Shown piece by piece: positions 24,592-36,180 of a stretch of 64,000 nt of DNA. Below the pieces are notes generated by a model. That model was not told the origin of the DNA, did no database searches, and worked only from the letters and a program-made list of their open reading frames with translations. Position 1 is the first letter of the stretch; each line of letters starts with the position of its first letter. The position numbers and the translations under genes are program-made. Source of the DNA: Fistulifera solaris (lineage: Eukaryota); the NCBI GenBank assembly GCA_030295235.1, contig AP026162.1:558001-622000 (forward strand). Reading direction: 5' to 3'.

Positions 24592-25467
24592 CCGCTGTAC
24601 GCCTCAAATAGCAATAAGAAGATTGTTGGCAATGTTGCTATTAATTGCAAAGGGTTTCATTGTTGTCTTATCGAAGGTCGATGCGGGGAGAAGCGAGAAA
24701 GAGTTGAATGTTGAATGCGAAAAGGACTGTTCTTCAAACGTCCGACTGTTTTTCGTTGCTCGTCGTCCTTCAGTATAAAACATTTCAAAGAACAGAAAGC
24801 AGAACACAAAGAATACAGAGAACAGCACGACTACAAAATAGGTGATACTTGGTCAATGCGAGACAGCCGCCTTTTCAGAAAGTGCCGAAGTGCGATGTGC
24901 GACGTCATAAGACGTGTCTAATCCGTACTAAAAACACAACAGTATTTGTTTCTGTGTACTCGGAGTACCTTTTTTCTTCCGTTCTGATCTTCTGTCATCG
25001 TTCTTCATTCTTCATAAACTACTGTTCACTTTATACTGCAAATGACCATTATGTCCGTTTATTCCGATGATCGACGTTTTTCTGTTCTTCATTTTTCACT
25101 CGATCAGAAATTCCCACCGACCAGCAAGCGACGAAAGAAAATGAGACCACTTGACCATGAAGCTGTTATTCTTGCCACAAAGGGGTGTTCACAACACAAG
25201 CCCAGGCATAGCTAGCCTACGGAGGTGTGAAGGAAGGCTTTGTTGGGGTCATCACCCTGGGTTGTCGGAGTGGCTCTCGATTACGACGAAGCTAATTTCT
25301 TGGGCAATCCGCTTAGTTGATTCCACCTTTTAAGAAAATTGACCATCACGCCATTTTACTTTCCATCTGATCGTTTCAAAACAGTACAATGACTACGAAA
25401 ACAAGTCTTAACGAAACTGCAGATTGCAAAGTTTCTTCTTGTCTTTTCGAGAAGCTAACGATCTAAC

Positions 25468-28099
25468 TTAATTAGCTACTTTGTAAGCAAACGCCAGCGT
25501 AATTACGAGTGACGTATCTTCCGGAGATGCGGTGCGTTCAAAAGATAAAAGCATTTCGCGGAATAGCTCTTGGTTCGACTCTGTGAAGTAAGTCGATCTT
25601 ACCGCGTCGATGCACTTGGGAGTTTTCAGGAATAATCCGAAGCAGCGAACAAATTCCGAAGAAACGGGTGGTCTAGCACACTCGAGCACTCCACCGACAA
25701 AGTAACGAATGAGAGATGCATCCAAATCAGACGATCCGTGCTGCTCCATTTTGTGGGATAATTTTCCAAGTACATCCGGTATCTCGCCTTCCAAGAGTAG
25801 AATGATAAGTAGCCGGATACTTTGTTCCTTGATTGTGGTCACCTTTTGATACGAAATATCTTGGTTCGAGTGTCCCAGGAAATTGACGGCAACGTCTATG
25901 ATCCGCTTTCGTGTGAATGGATGCTTCACACTGATAGTGCGGAGCAATGATAGAATGCTTACAGAAATCGTCGGAAACGCGGGAGAGCTTGCAAAATCTG
26001 TGCCGTGGGTGAACGCCTCGGCCCAAATGACAACGCCCTGAGCAATCGCAGCGCAGTTTAGCGCTAGCGAGCATAGCTTTTCGCCCGGTGATGTTCCACT
26101 CTTTGTCTCGTCCAAAAGCACCAGAAAAGAAACCATAGTTTCTAGCTGTTCACAAAGCTGACTCGCCTGAACTATCATCCTTGTAAGAGCTACTTCGTCC
26201 GAATAATCGCCCGCCATACCCCCCCTCTTCTCCTGCGGCTTTTTCTGCAGCTAGGACAGCAAATGCTAATAACCTTGCGCACTTGTTGCGGAGTACTGGA
26301 GCGACGACTCGCGTTGATCCTGGCTTGAATAAGTGTTCCAATAGGGCTTTGATTGCGACAGGGTGTTGGACGAAAAGCCTCCCAGTATCCGCGAAGGACG
26401 TGATATCAATGCCGCTGGGAAGAAGAGAATCCAGGACTACGTCATCAAGTTGCATTCCAACAGAGTGTCGGCGAAGAAAGGATAATAAAGCGGTCTCTAG
26501 TTTTCTTTTCGTCCCGTTGCCGTTCACCACATGTTGCTCATTGGATTCCGGATCATTCTTCACACGTCTCCTTTCGCTTTGATGAAGTTCACTCATAGTC
26601 AAAGCAACATCCAGTCTTCGCTTTCGAAACAAATGCGAAGTACCACTGGCATTTGATGGAGCTGACGGGTCGATCATTGAGTTTTCAAGACTTTGCGAAA
26701 GAGCACGCCATTTCCGAATAGCTCTGTTAAGTCGGGAGCCAGTGCTACTCCCGGCAACCTCCAGCGCCCGACTTACCAAATGACGTAGCATTTCCATCGA
26801 ATACAAATATGTGTACGAAGTAGAACAACAAGCTCTCACCAAATCGTCAACAAGATCATCTAGCTCCACGGCTGAAGAAATGTCGCTTTCGGCTGACACT
26901 GATACATTCCCAACAATTGTTAGCTCAGACTGCAGCATAGCATTGAAAACTGCAAAATGATCGGATTGGTTCACTCGCTTTGCAATTTCCCGGTGGTGGC
27001 CGCGCTTGGATATTGCCTGCAAGCAATAAATGAGAACAGCACTGTCCTTATGCACTGCGGAGAGATCGATGAGAAGCTTCCGCCATCGAGATGAGTCCAT
27101 CATTTCTTCCAGAAAAGCAGCTTCTGCTTTTGAAAGGTTCAAGATTCGATCGCCTGTTTCTTTCGAGAAACGTTCCTTCACAAAGCGGCTGATTACACCT
27201 TGAGTAATTTCGCGTACTGCATCCGTTGACTCTTGTGATGGACCATCCGCAGGTGTACCAGCAGAAGATGTAGCAGCTGTACGAAAATCAGCAAGCCAAC
27301 GCCCCAGAAGCCCACAAATAGCCGTTTGACCGTGATAGTTATCAATGAGTGACGTGATCGCTTTCTGAGGCTGTCCACCTTCACTTCGTACAACTTCCGC
27401 CACGTTTTTGATACAAGTAGGCTCTAGGATGGAATCGGTTTGATTCAAAGCAGCTTCCGCTTCCTGAACACGTAATACTTCCGGATCTACCCACTGTTTT
27501 TGGCTTTCTTGTTTCGCTGTCTCCGAAGCATCTTCTTTCGGCGATCCATGACGCTCTCCGTCGCCTTCCATTTCCATTTGCATAGACTCCCCACCGGTGT
27601 CGATGAGACCGCGATCAATGTCTACAATGGTTGCTGATCCTTCGACAGCCTCTGTTCCAGCTGTCTCCTCGTCAACTTCCAGATCTTCAGCGGACACGAC
27701 ATGTTCGTCCGGTTTCTCCCATTGTGTTTCCCCCGTTGATGAGTTGTAATAGTACTCGCGTCCTTCTTCGTCTTTGTATGCAATCCATTGTGAGACAACC
27801 TCTTCGGTGGGCTTTTCTGCTGAGTTGTCGCCGGCTTCTTGCTGATTACTGGTTGCTTCCGCTTGCTGAGCATCGATATTCGCTCCGTCGGTATTGACAT
27901 CATCCGTTGTGGCCACCGCAGTTTCCTCCCCCTCCACTATTTCCGGTGGATTGAACTTCCCATCTTCCGGTGGATCCCACGAGCTTTCTTCAGTGACGCT
28001 GTTGTAGTAATAAAGCCGGCCTTCTTCATCATAGTAGGCGGACCAATCATGCACGTCGCTTTCTATTTGTGGTGTTTTTTCTGTTGTTAGTTCAGACAT
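25468..28099 (-). CDS. NELFCD: NELF-C/D (TH1-like) protein with two N-terminal WW domains; frameshift at C7 run 26219-26225
   Basis: Two WW domains (WSAYYDEEGRLYYYN...SSWDPP; WIAYKDEEGREYYYN...TQWEKP). TH1 motifs DSILEP...GGQPQKAITSLIDNY, FLEEMMDSSRWRKLLIDL and DASLIRYFV..VL....PP.SSEFV. Confidence 0.85.
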
Positions 28100-28869
28100 T
28101 GCATTCGGTGTATCCCAAGGGGGACTTAACTCAATGGTTGTTATACTACTATTAAGTCAATTGAGCTTTAGGATGGTGATGTACTCTGCGATGGCGATGA
28201 ATATTGAATGATGTTGTTGTTGATAAAGTGCGGGGTGCGGTGCGAAGGCCAAAAATCATGGGCAATCCCCTTGCATTTTTGAGCAAAAAATCACGGTTTA
28301 ATACAATAAGTCTATTAAGTACACTTCCAGGCTATATGAATCAAAAAAAGTAGTCTTAAGGTCAGAGCGGTATTTAAGTAGCGCGACATGTCGGAGCGTG
28401 TATCAAAAATGTGTCTCAGGATGCACGGACAGACTGGACCCTCTTTTCAGACTCGTGACCAAAATAAGAGACCGTGACTCGACTTCTGCTACTGTTTACT
28501 TGATATACGATTTCAGTATGACAGCTTTTGAATGTCATTCCTTTATAATAAATCATCCTTGCATCGTACTGCTACCAAGCATATAGCAAAATTACTTGTT
28601 TGTGACAGAAATGTTGTTCCACTCTGACCGTCTCTCGCGGCCGCATTTTTCCCACCACTCCTCCGGTTTTGTGAAGAGAGATGACTGCATCGCATCATCG
28701 TCGGCCTTTCTCGGTTCTCGTGAAGAGTAATCCAGCAAAAGAATAGACATCATTTCCACGTTTCACTACATAGACACTTTCTACTCTTCTTTTATCAGAA
28801 CAAAAAGTTGACGGTCGGCAGTAATCGAAGAGAGGCAGCGCAAGGCATTCGACATTCAGAGACGCTCCC

Positions 28870-31800
28870 ATGACTTCGTATGGCAGCATCCAGGGAAACA
28901 CGTCGCCGTCGAACACCGACCTTCATGAGACAACTCCCCTCGTGAATGGTAGAAACGACAGCAACAATGAGCACATATCGACAAAGTGTAGTTACTGGTC
29001 GAAACTTACCTTTCACTGGTTTACTCCAGTTCTGTATCGAGGAAACGAAAAACTCAAACTTGATCAAGACGATCTTGACCTCGTGCCTTTGTTAAATGAC
29101 TGCGAGACCGACTATGTAACGAACACCTTCGATATGTATTGGGGGCAAGAGCTGCAGAAGGACTCTCCGTGTTTGGTAACCGCATTGACACGGGCATTTG
29201 GGGCGGAATATTTAGAGGGTGCTGCCTTGAAACTCGTGCATGATCTCTGCTTATTTGTGGGGCCACAAGTTCTCCACAGCATGATTGTTTTTCTGAGAGA
29301 TCCCGATGCACCACTGATATGGGGTTTGTGGCTCATTTTCGCTGTGACGATAAGTCAGTTGGCCATGAGCATTTGCCTCCGGCACTACTTTTACAAGGTA
29401 AGTGATTTAAGACAGCCGCTAAATCTTGAATCAGTTCCAATTTGGCACAACTCACTGTTCCCTTCAAGTGCTACACAACTGGACTGCGAACTAGAACAGC
29501 AATTGTCATGGCAGTCTATCGAAAAGCTCTACTTTTAAGTCCGGAGGAAAGACAAAGTCGTAGCATCGGTGAGATCACTAATCTTGCTTCGATTGATGCA
29601 CAACGCTTACAAGGTACGAAAGGAACCTTGTTTTCAGATTGTTAAATTGCATGTTTCTCACCGACAATCATTGATCAAAAATAGACTTGACAACGTATTT
29701 GAATGCTGTTTGGTCTAGTCCCCTCCAGATTGGCCTCGCTCTTTTCTTTCTGTGGAGGCAACTGGGTCCGAGCTCGCTGGGAGGCGTATCCGTCATCATT
29801 ATTATGATCCCAGTAACAAAGTACATAGCGACTTGGATGGGCAATATGCAAGCAAGTCTGATGAAAGCAAAAGACGAAAGAGTGGAGCTAAACGCAGAAG
29901 TGTTGGGCGGAATGAAAGTTATCAAGTTTCAAGCTTGGGAAGAGTCGTTTCAAAAAAGAATACAAACGCTTCGTGAAGCAGAGTTAGCGCAACTGCTGCG
30001 ATACTTTTTGGGGACCTCATTTTCTCGCATGTTGTGGGTATTCACACCACTCTTGGTTGCTCTTGCAACCTTTTCTGCTTACGTTTGGAGTGGTCATAAA
30101 CTCGATGTGGCTTCAGCGCTGACTGCTTTATCTCTTTTCGATCTTCTTCGATTTCCACTATTTATGTTGCCGCAAAGTAAGTTACTTCGAAATTAGTTCT
30201 TGCTTCTTCGGTGTGCGTGTCTTCTCATATTCGGAATGACAGCCATCAATTCAATCATTGAAGCAGCAGTTTCAATTGATCGCCTTCGAAGCTTTTTCAT
30301 TAGCGAAGAGCATCATGCGGTAGGACCGGGAAATCTGACAGAAAACGGAATCAACGTTAATGGTGTTTCGGCTGTATATGGTTCGAAAAGCACAGAAGGA
30401 GGGACTACTGCTCGAGCAGAGCGAAAGGGCACACTGGAGAAGGATAGGGAAGTTGCTATTCTGAGAGCCTTACTTTTAGACGCTGAACAAGAAATCCAGA
30501 AACTGCAAGGTGAACAATCCGATTCGCGCCAAGAGCCAGTAATTGACCAGGCAAGCTCGTCGCTTTGTCTGCGAAGGGTAAATTTTAAAATTCACCAAGG
30601 AGAAGTTATCGCGATTGTGGGCTCAGTTGGTAGTGGGAAAAGTTCGCTGATTAATAGCATTCTCGGCGAATTACGAATACTGACAGGCAAAACTGAAGTT
30701 AAGGGAACCTTGGCGTATTTTTCTCAGACCCCTTTTATCATGAACGCATCCGTCCGCGATAACATATTGTTCGGTCATGTGAACGAGCCTGTCGACGAAA
30801 ATCTTTATCAGCGCGCGCTCGATTGCTGTGCTTTGCGGCATGATCTGTCTTTATTACCCGATGGTGATCAGACTGAAATAGGTGAAAGAGGTATTACATT
30901 GTCGGGTGGGCAGAAAGCGAGAGTTGCTCTGGCGCGAGCTGTGTATCATAGAGCCGATATCACACTCGTTGACGATGCTCTTTCGGCTGTTGATGCGCAC
31001 GTTGCGAAGCACTTGTTTGATCGAGCTATTCTTGACGAGTTGATGCAGCCTACTATCCCAGGTAGTATGCGCAGTGTCGTCTTGGTTACCAATGCTCTTC
31101 AATACTTGAATCATCCTAGAATCAACAAAATATACGTCATTGAAGACGGTCGGATTGTGGAGGAAGGTTCTTACAATTCATTATCAAACAACTCAGATTC
31201 AGTCTTCGCCCGAATTTTATCGGTAATAAAAGATAACAAAGTGTCGAAAGACCTGTCAGAAACTGAAGACGATTTGAATACGGAACCAAAAAAAACTCTA
31301 ACTTCCACTTTAAGCGATAACGGACATAATCTTACAGCAAAGGACGCAAAACCGTCTAAGCTGGTTTCCGAAGAGCTAAGAAAAACAGGGAAAATTTCTA
31401 CTGAGGCATATTTATCTTGGATACATGCATCAGGTGGCTTCATGATTGCCTTTTTCATTTTGGTTCTGTTCGCCGCGGGTGAGGGGGTGGGCTTTCTCTC
31501 GAATTGGTGGTTGACTTACTGGTCTCGACATGCAGACGAGGCAAGTCAGTTTAGTTTTCTCAGTACATACGCTATCATCAATCTATCTGCTGCTTTGGCA
31601 GGGGTTTTCCGCATGCTTTTTGTTGCTTTGGTCAGCCTCAAGGCCTCTCGTCATGTAAGATAATTCGTTTTCCTTTGTGCTGATTGCCATTTCCTTTCCA
31701 TTCTAATGTGGTCTCATTGCAGTTGTTTGATGGTCTGCTGAACGCGGTCCTCTTTGCGCCCATGTCATTCTTCGACACGACGCCTGTCGGGCGGTTGGTG

Positions 31801-33459
31801 AACCGATTTAGTAAAGGTACGTTGGAAACTGATTCACTAGCAGATGTATAAACTTTCAGAGAAGCCAGCACCTCATGATTCGTTTCACCAGATGTTTACA
31901 CCATTGACGAGCAATTGGTTCAAACACTCAGAATGTACTTGCAGACTCTTTTTTCGATCTTAAGTACATTTGTAGTCATATCAGGTGTAACTCCGACGTT
32001 TCTTGTCGGACTTGTCCCACTTTGTCTGTTTTATATATCAGAGCAGCGCTTTTTTTACGGTAAGTCTCGAAATACCTGTCCTTGCAAATTTGGCGTCCGC
32101 ATTTGTCTTATGCAATAAATTCTTGTAGCTTACGTACCGCGAGTTAAAACGACTTGACTCTGTTCTGCGATCGCCGATCTATGCGCTTTTGGGCGAAACA
32201 ATAGATGGAGTTGCATGTATCCGAGCTTTTTCAGCACAAAGATCACTGACAGATAGGCTCAAAGTTATGCTTAATGAACAGCAGCATGCATACTTTTTGA
32301 CATGCACAGCACAATCATGGCTGGCCGTTAGGTTGGAGCTAATCGGAACTTTGGTAATCACTTTCGCTACAACAAGTGCAGTCGTGGAGCATGCTCTGTT
32401 TGGCGCAGATGAGACTTTCGCTGGATTGGCAGGACTGGCAATCTCATACGCTTTATCGGTCACGCAATCACTGAATTGGAGTGTTCGTATGGCCAGTGAT
32501 CTCGAAGCTAATATGGTGGCCGTCGAGAGGGTTCAGGAATATTCCCAGATTCGTCATGAGGGGCTTCGCAATGCCGAGCTTGACGAAAAACTTACCCCAA
32601 CTTGGCCGACGCACGGCGAAATTGTCTTCAAAGGAGCAAAGCTGCGTTACCGTCCCAACCTTCCTTTAGTTCTCAAAGGCCTCGATTTACACATACCTTC
32701 AGGGTCTAAGATTGGTGTTGTTGGGCGCACAGGTTCGTTTCAATTTTCTCTTTGAAATTCCGTTTTATTATTAATTCGACTCGATTTCTCATCGGTTTAT
32801 GTTTGGCTTCATTAGGGGCTGGAAAGTCGACGCTTATGGTGGCGCTGATGAGAATAGTTGAATTGGATGAAGGAAGTATTTCGATTGATGGTGTTGACAT
32901 TCGACAGATTGGTCTAGGAAAACTTAGACGAAATGTTGCCGTTATACCTCAAGATCCAGTTCTGTTTAGCGGAACAATACGAAGCAACCTTGATCCATTT
33001 GACGAATTCAGCGATGAGCAGCTACACGCAGTTCTTGAAAGTGTTGGTCTGTACAAGAGAACCATGGAGGGATCAATGCACAGTTACTCATCGCTACCGT
33101 TGGCCCGGGTTGATTCCATCGATGACTCAGTAGCTGAAGGTGGTATTAACTATTCCGTTGGACAGCGGCAACTTGTAGTAATAGCCAGAGCACTTCTCCA
33201 GGGAGCGAAGATAGTCATCATCGATGAAGCTACGGCAGCGGTTGATGCAGAGACCGACGCTGCAATTCAAAGAGTCTTGAGAATGGAGTTTGCTAATGCT
33301 ACATGTCTAACTGTCGCTCACCGATTGAACACGATCATGGACAGCGATTTTATTCTAGTCATGGACGATGGTAAACTTGCCGAGTTTGACAAGCCCGATG
33401 CTCTTGTGCGAAAGGGTGGCTTGTTTAGAGATCTTGTCAAAGCTGCTTCTCACGATTAA
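28870..33459 (+). CDS. ABCC/MRP-type full ABC transporter, multi-exon
   Basis: TMD1; NBD1 ([32 protein letters not shown]); TMD2 ([15 protein letters not shown]); NBD2 ([31 protein letters not shown]); several GT-AG introns. Confidence 0.95.
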
Positions 33460-33696
33460 AAATAACATTTTGGTAATTTCCGTATATCACGGCTATGCTA
33501 GTAATAGAATCCGCCACTTCTCCACTAATAAAATCGGTATTTGGGAAGATGAGATGTTTCCCGAGACGTTCCCTTGCTGCAAAAACTAGAAGTAGTAGAA
33601 GACGCGCTCCTTAACTTTAAAGAACTCTCGCATTCACATGAGGAGCTACGAAACAATATCTTTAAGAAATCCACTGTTCCGTTATTAATGCTGTCA

Positions 33697-35553
33697 TTAG
33701 GCGCTTTCAGCTTCAGGGTTCTTCATCTCGGCCAACTGTTTCTCATACTTTTGACTTCGGCGGAATAAAGTTAGTGCAAAGATCAGAAGGATCACGCAAA
33801 GCAGACCCAGCCCAATGCTCAAACCAGGTGTGAGCGAGTTTTGACCTTTTGATTTAGCGTTAGGCAACTCTGGTTGAACAGGACAATTAATGAACATAGC
33901 CTTTTCGACATCATAGTCCCAGCGAGGTGTCAGCTCCACGTCGCAATATGGGGCATCCAATGGGAAAACATTGTCTACAGTGCGCTCAAGACCGCCCATC
34001 TCTGTTTCCAAAATTCGTGCTTTATTGATGGCATGAATGATAGTCTTCCGCACGGTTATATCATTGAGAGGAGTTTTCCCAGAGTTCAAAAGGAGCAGTA
34101 CATTTTGAACATCATCTGTGAAGAAGACCGACAAATTATTGGTTTCTTCGTTATTTTCGATCTCAATCAGATCTTGTGCACTCAAAACACCAGATCCCCA
34201 AACCACGTCCAATGATCCATCTAATAACGCTTTCTTTACCTGTTCTGCTGTGTCGTATCTCACAACAAGTAGCTCTTCGATTTGAGAAGCACCTCCCCAG
34301 TAATTATCATGTCGCGCAAATAGAACTTCATCATCAACAACATCACCATCGGCATTTGTGGAAGACGTTCGACTACGGAACATGAAGGGTCCCGTACCCG
34401 AAATATTCTTTATCCCCGCACAGATGATGGATGAATCATCGTTCTCGGGAGAAGTGACATTTCCCCATCCAGCATGACACGAGTTACCTGTCACTGGATC
34501 TTTATCAACAAATGCTGCAGGCGATAACATTCGAAGAGGCCGAATAAAAGAGAGCTCTTGAAGAAAAGGGTAGTACACTGACTTGGTAACTACCACAAAT
34601 GTGGCGGAATCTTCGCAGCTCCATTCCGATATTTGTTGCGGCAGTCCATACCAACCATGGTAATCGGCAGATAGAAGCGGATCCGCTAAAACGTGATCGA
34701 AATTGATCTTGGCTGCTTCACAATTCCAGGGTGTACCGTCGTGAAACGTGACCCCTGTTCGCAATGAAAACGTGTATTTCTGCCCCCCGTTTGAGTGTGG
34801 CTCGATTTTATACGATTGTGCCAAGGCGGGAAGAATCTGACCGTACTCTCCGTAACTCACAAGACCTTCGTAGACCCAGTTATTTGCGAAAAATTCGTTG
34901 GGACGGTAGGTGTGAGGATCAAGACGACCGACCGACTGAAATACTCCCGTTTGAGCTCCAGGTGAGATGCGCACTGTGGTGGATCCGGAGAGAACTTGCA
35001 ATCGATGCACGGGGTAGTCAAATTGCTGTAACCCGGCTTGGTAGCCCGTCAATCTGTTGTTTAAAACAGTCGGCACACGTTTACCCCACAACGGCAACAT
35101 GACAGCCTGTTGATGAAGAACATTGTGTATATCTTTCCACTTCGTTTCACGCTCCCGGTGGTCCGACTCCTGAAGTACGTCCTGGATCATGTCGAAAATC
35201 GCATCCCTCGATGCTGGTGGCTCCAAGTTGGCCATTGCATGATAATGTCCTTCATCGCCCGTCATCCATCCCGAAGCGAACGAATGGGGATCGTAGGGGG
35301 CGCCCCACGTTTCACTAAACGACAAATGGAAGTCACCCGTCTCGTGGGCCTTGTTGAAATCTTCTTTGGACAGAAATCGTGGAGTAACTGTAATGCCCAG
35401 TCGTTCTAAATCCATTCGAATGTCATCCTCGATTGAGACCAGAGAAACGTCCCCTTCTACCATGATGAAGTCGATCGTATGCTTCTTGCAATCATTCTGG
35501 ACCGTTTGTGCCAGCAACATGGTAGGTGCAAGAACCAGAAGCAACGCCAACAT
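33697..35553 (-). CDS. Membrane-anchored NikA/CntA-like (SBP family 5) metal-complex-binding protein, ZCRP-B-like, circularly permuted
   Basis: Signal peptide (MLALLLVLAPTMLLA; an upstream in-frame ATG lies at 35616). NikA motifs TWGAPYDPH, VGRLDPHTYRPN, VYEGLVSY, TFSLRTGVTFHDG, YYPFLQELSFIRP, GTGPF and NYWG. C-terminal TM helix plus short basic tail. Intronless. Confidence 0.9.
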   Translation of the reverse strand: MLALLLVLAPTMLLAQTVQNDCKKHTIDFIMVEGDVSLVSIEDDIRMDLERLGITVTPRFLSKEDFNKAHETGDFHLSFSETWGAPYDPHSFASGWMTGDEGHYHAMANLEPPASRDAIFDMIQDVLQESDHRERETKWKDIHNVLHQQAVMLPLWGKRVPTVLNNRLTGYQAGLQQFDYPVHRLQVLSGSTTVRISPGAQTGVFQSVGRLDPHTYRPNEFFANNWVYEGLVSYGEYGQILPALAQSYKIEPHSNGGQKYTFSLRTGVTFHDGTPWNCEAAKINFDHVLADPLLSADYHGWYGLPQQISEWSCEDSATFVVVTKSVYYPFLQELSFIRPLRMLSPAAFVDKDPVTGNSCHAGWGNVTSPENDDSSIICAGIKNISGTGPFMFRSRTSSTNADGDVVDDEVLFARHDNYWGGASQIEELLVVRYDTAEQVKKALLDGSLDVVWGSGVLSAQDLIEIENNEETNNLSVFFTDDVQNVLLLLNSGKTPLNDITVRKTIIHAINKARILETEMGGLERTVDNVFPLDAPYCDVELTPRWDYDVEKAMFINCPVQPELPNAKSKGQNSLTPGLSIGLGLLCVILLIFALTLFRRSQKYEKQLAEMKNPEAESA

Positions 35554-35616
35554 CTTAGACAGAAGATAAGATAATCGAATATTCGGATCTCCTCCAAGTA
35601 GAATTGTGCGAGGCAT

Positions 35617-36180
35617 ACCATCTACCGATTTCTAGAAAAAATTGTGAGACCAAGGCCAAACTTCAGCACAACATCGAGGCCTACATGCATTACAATTTAG
35701 CCTCGAATCAAGCTCGGTCGGCAAACTTCATGTCTCTATACTTTTGGCTCCATTTTGTTACGTTTTATTTTGCCTATTGCTGGGTTGAAAGGCCTTGGCA
35801 TTAAGAAGCCTCTTTGTTCAATCGTTGATGCTTTACGGCTTCAGCTATAATAATTGAATCGTTTCAACCCAGTTGTGAAATCAATCATTTGTGTCGAAGT
35901 AAAATAGAAAATGAGGTTTCGGCCTTGTTAAAGGCAATTTAGAGCCTATGAGCAGTAACCAGCGCTCACAGTCCCGTATTGGTCCGGCCCTAGAAATAGC
36001 CTAAATATGTGTCACTTTTTCGCACGCGACACGCGACGACAACGGCCTTCCCCCCACGAGGAGTCGTCGATCTTGGGCGAAGGAAGGCTACAATTGTTAA
36101 AAGTGGCTGTCGGCGGGAATATTCTATCTGCAAAAGAAAGACTCCGTAATGTTCTTTCCACATAATTTTGTGACTTGACC
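35617..36180. promoter_or_regulatory. Putative bidirectional promoter between the NikA-like gene and the ferric reductase
   Basis: ~560-bp gap between divergent ATGs, with clustered GGCC(TT) motifs. Confidence 0.55.
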
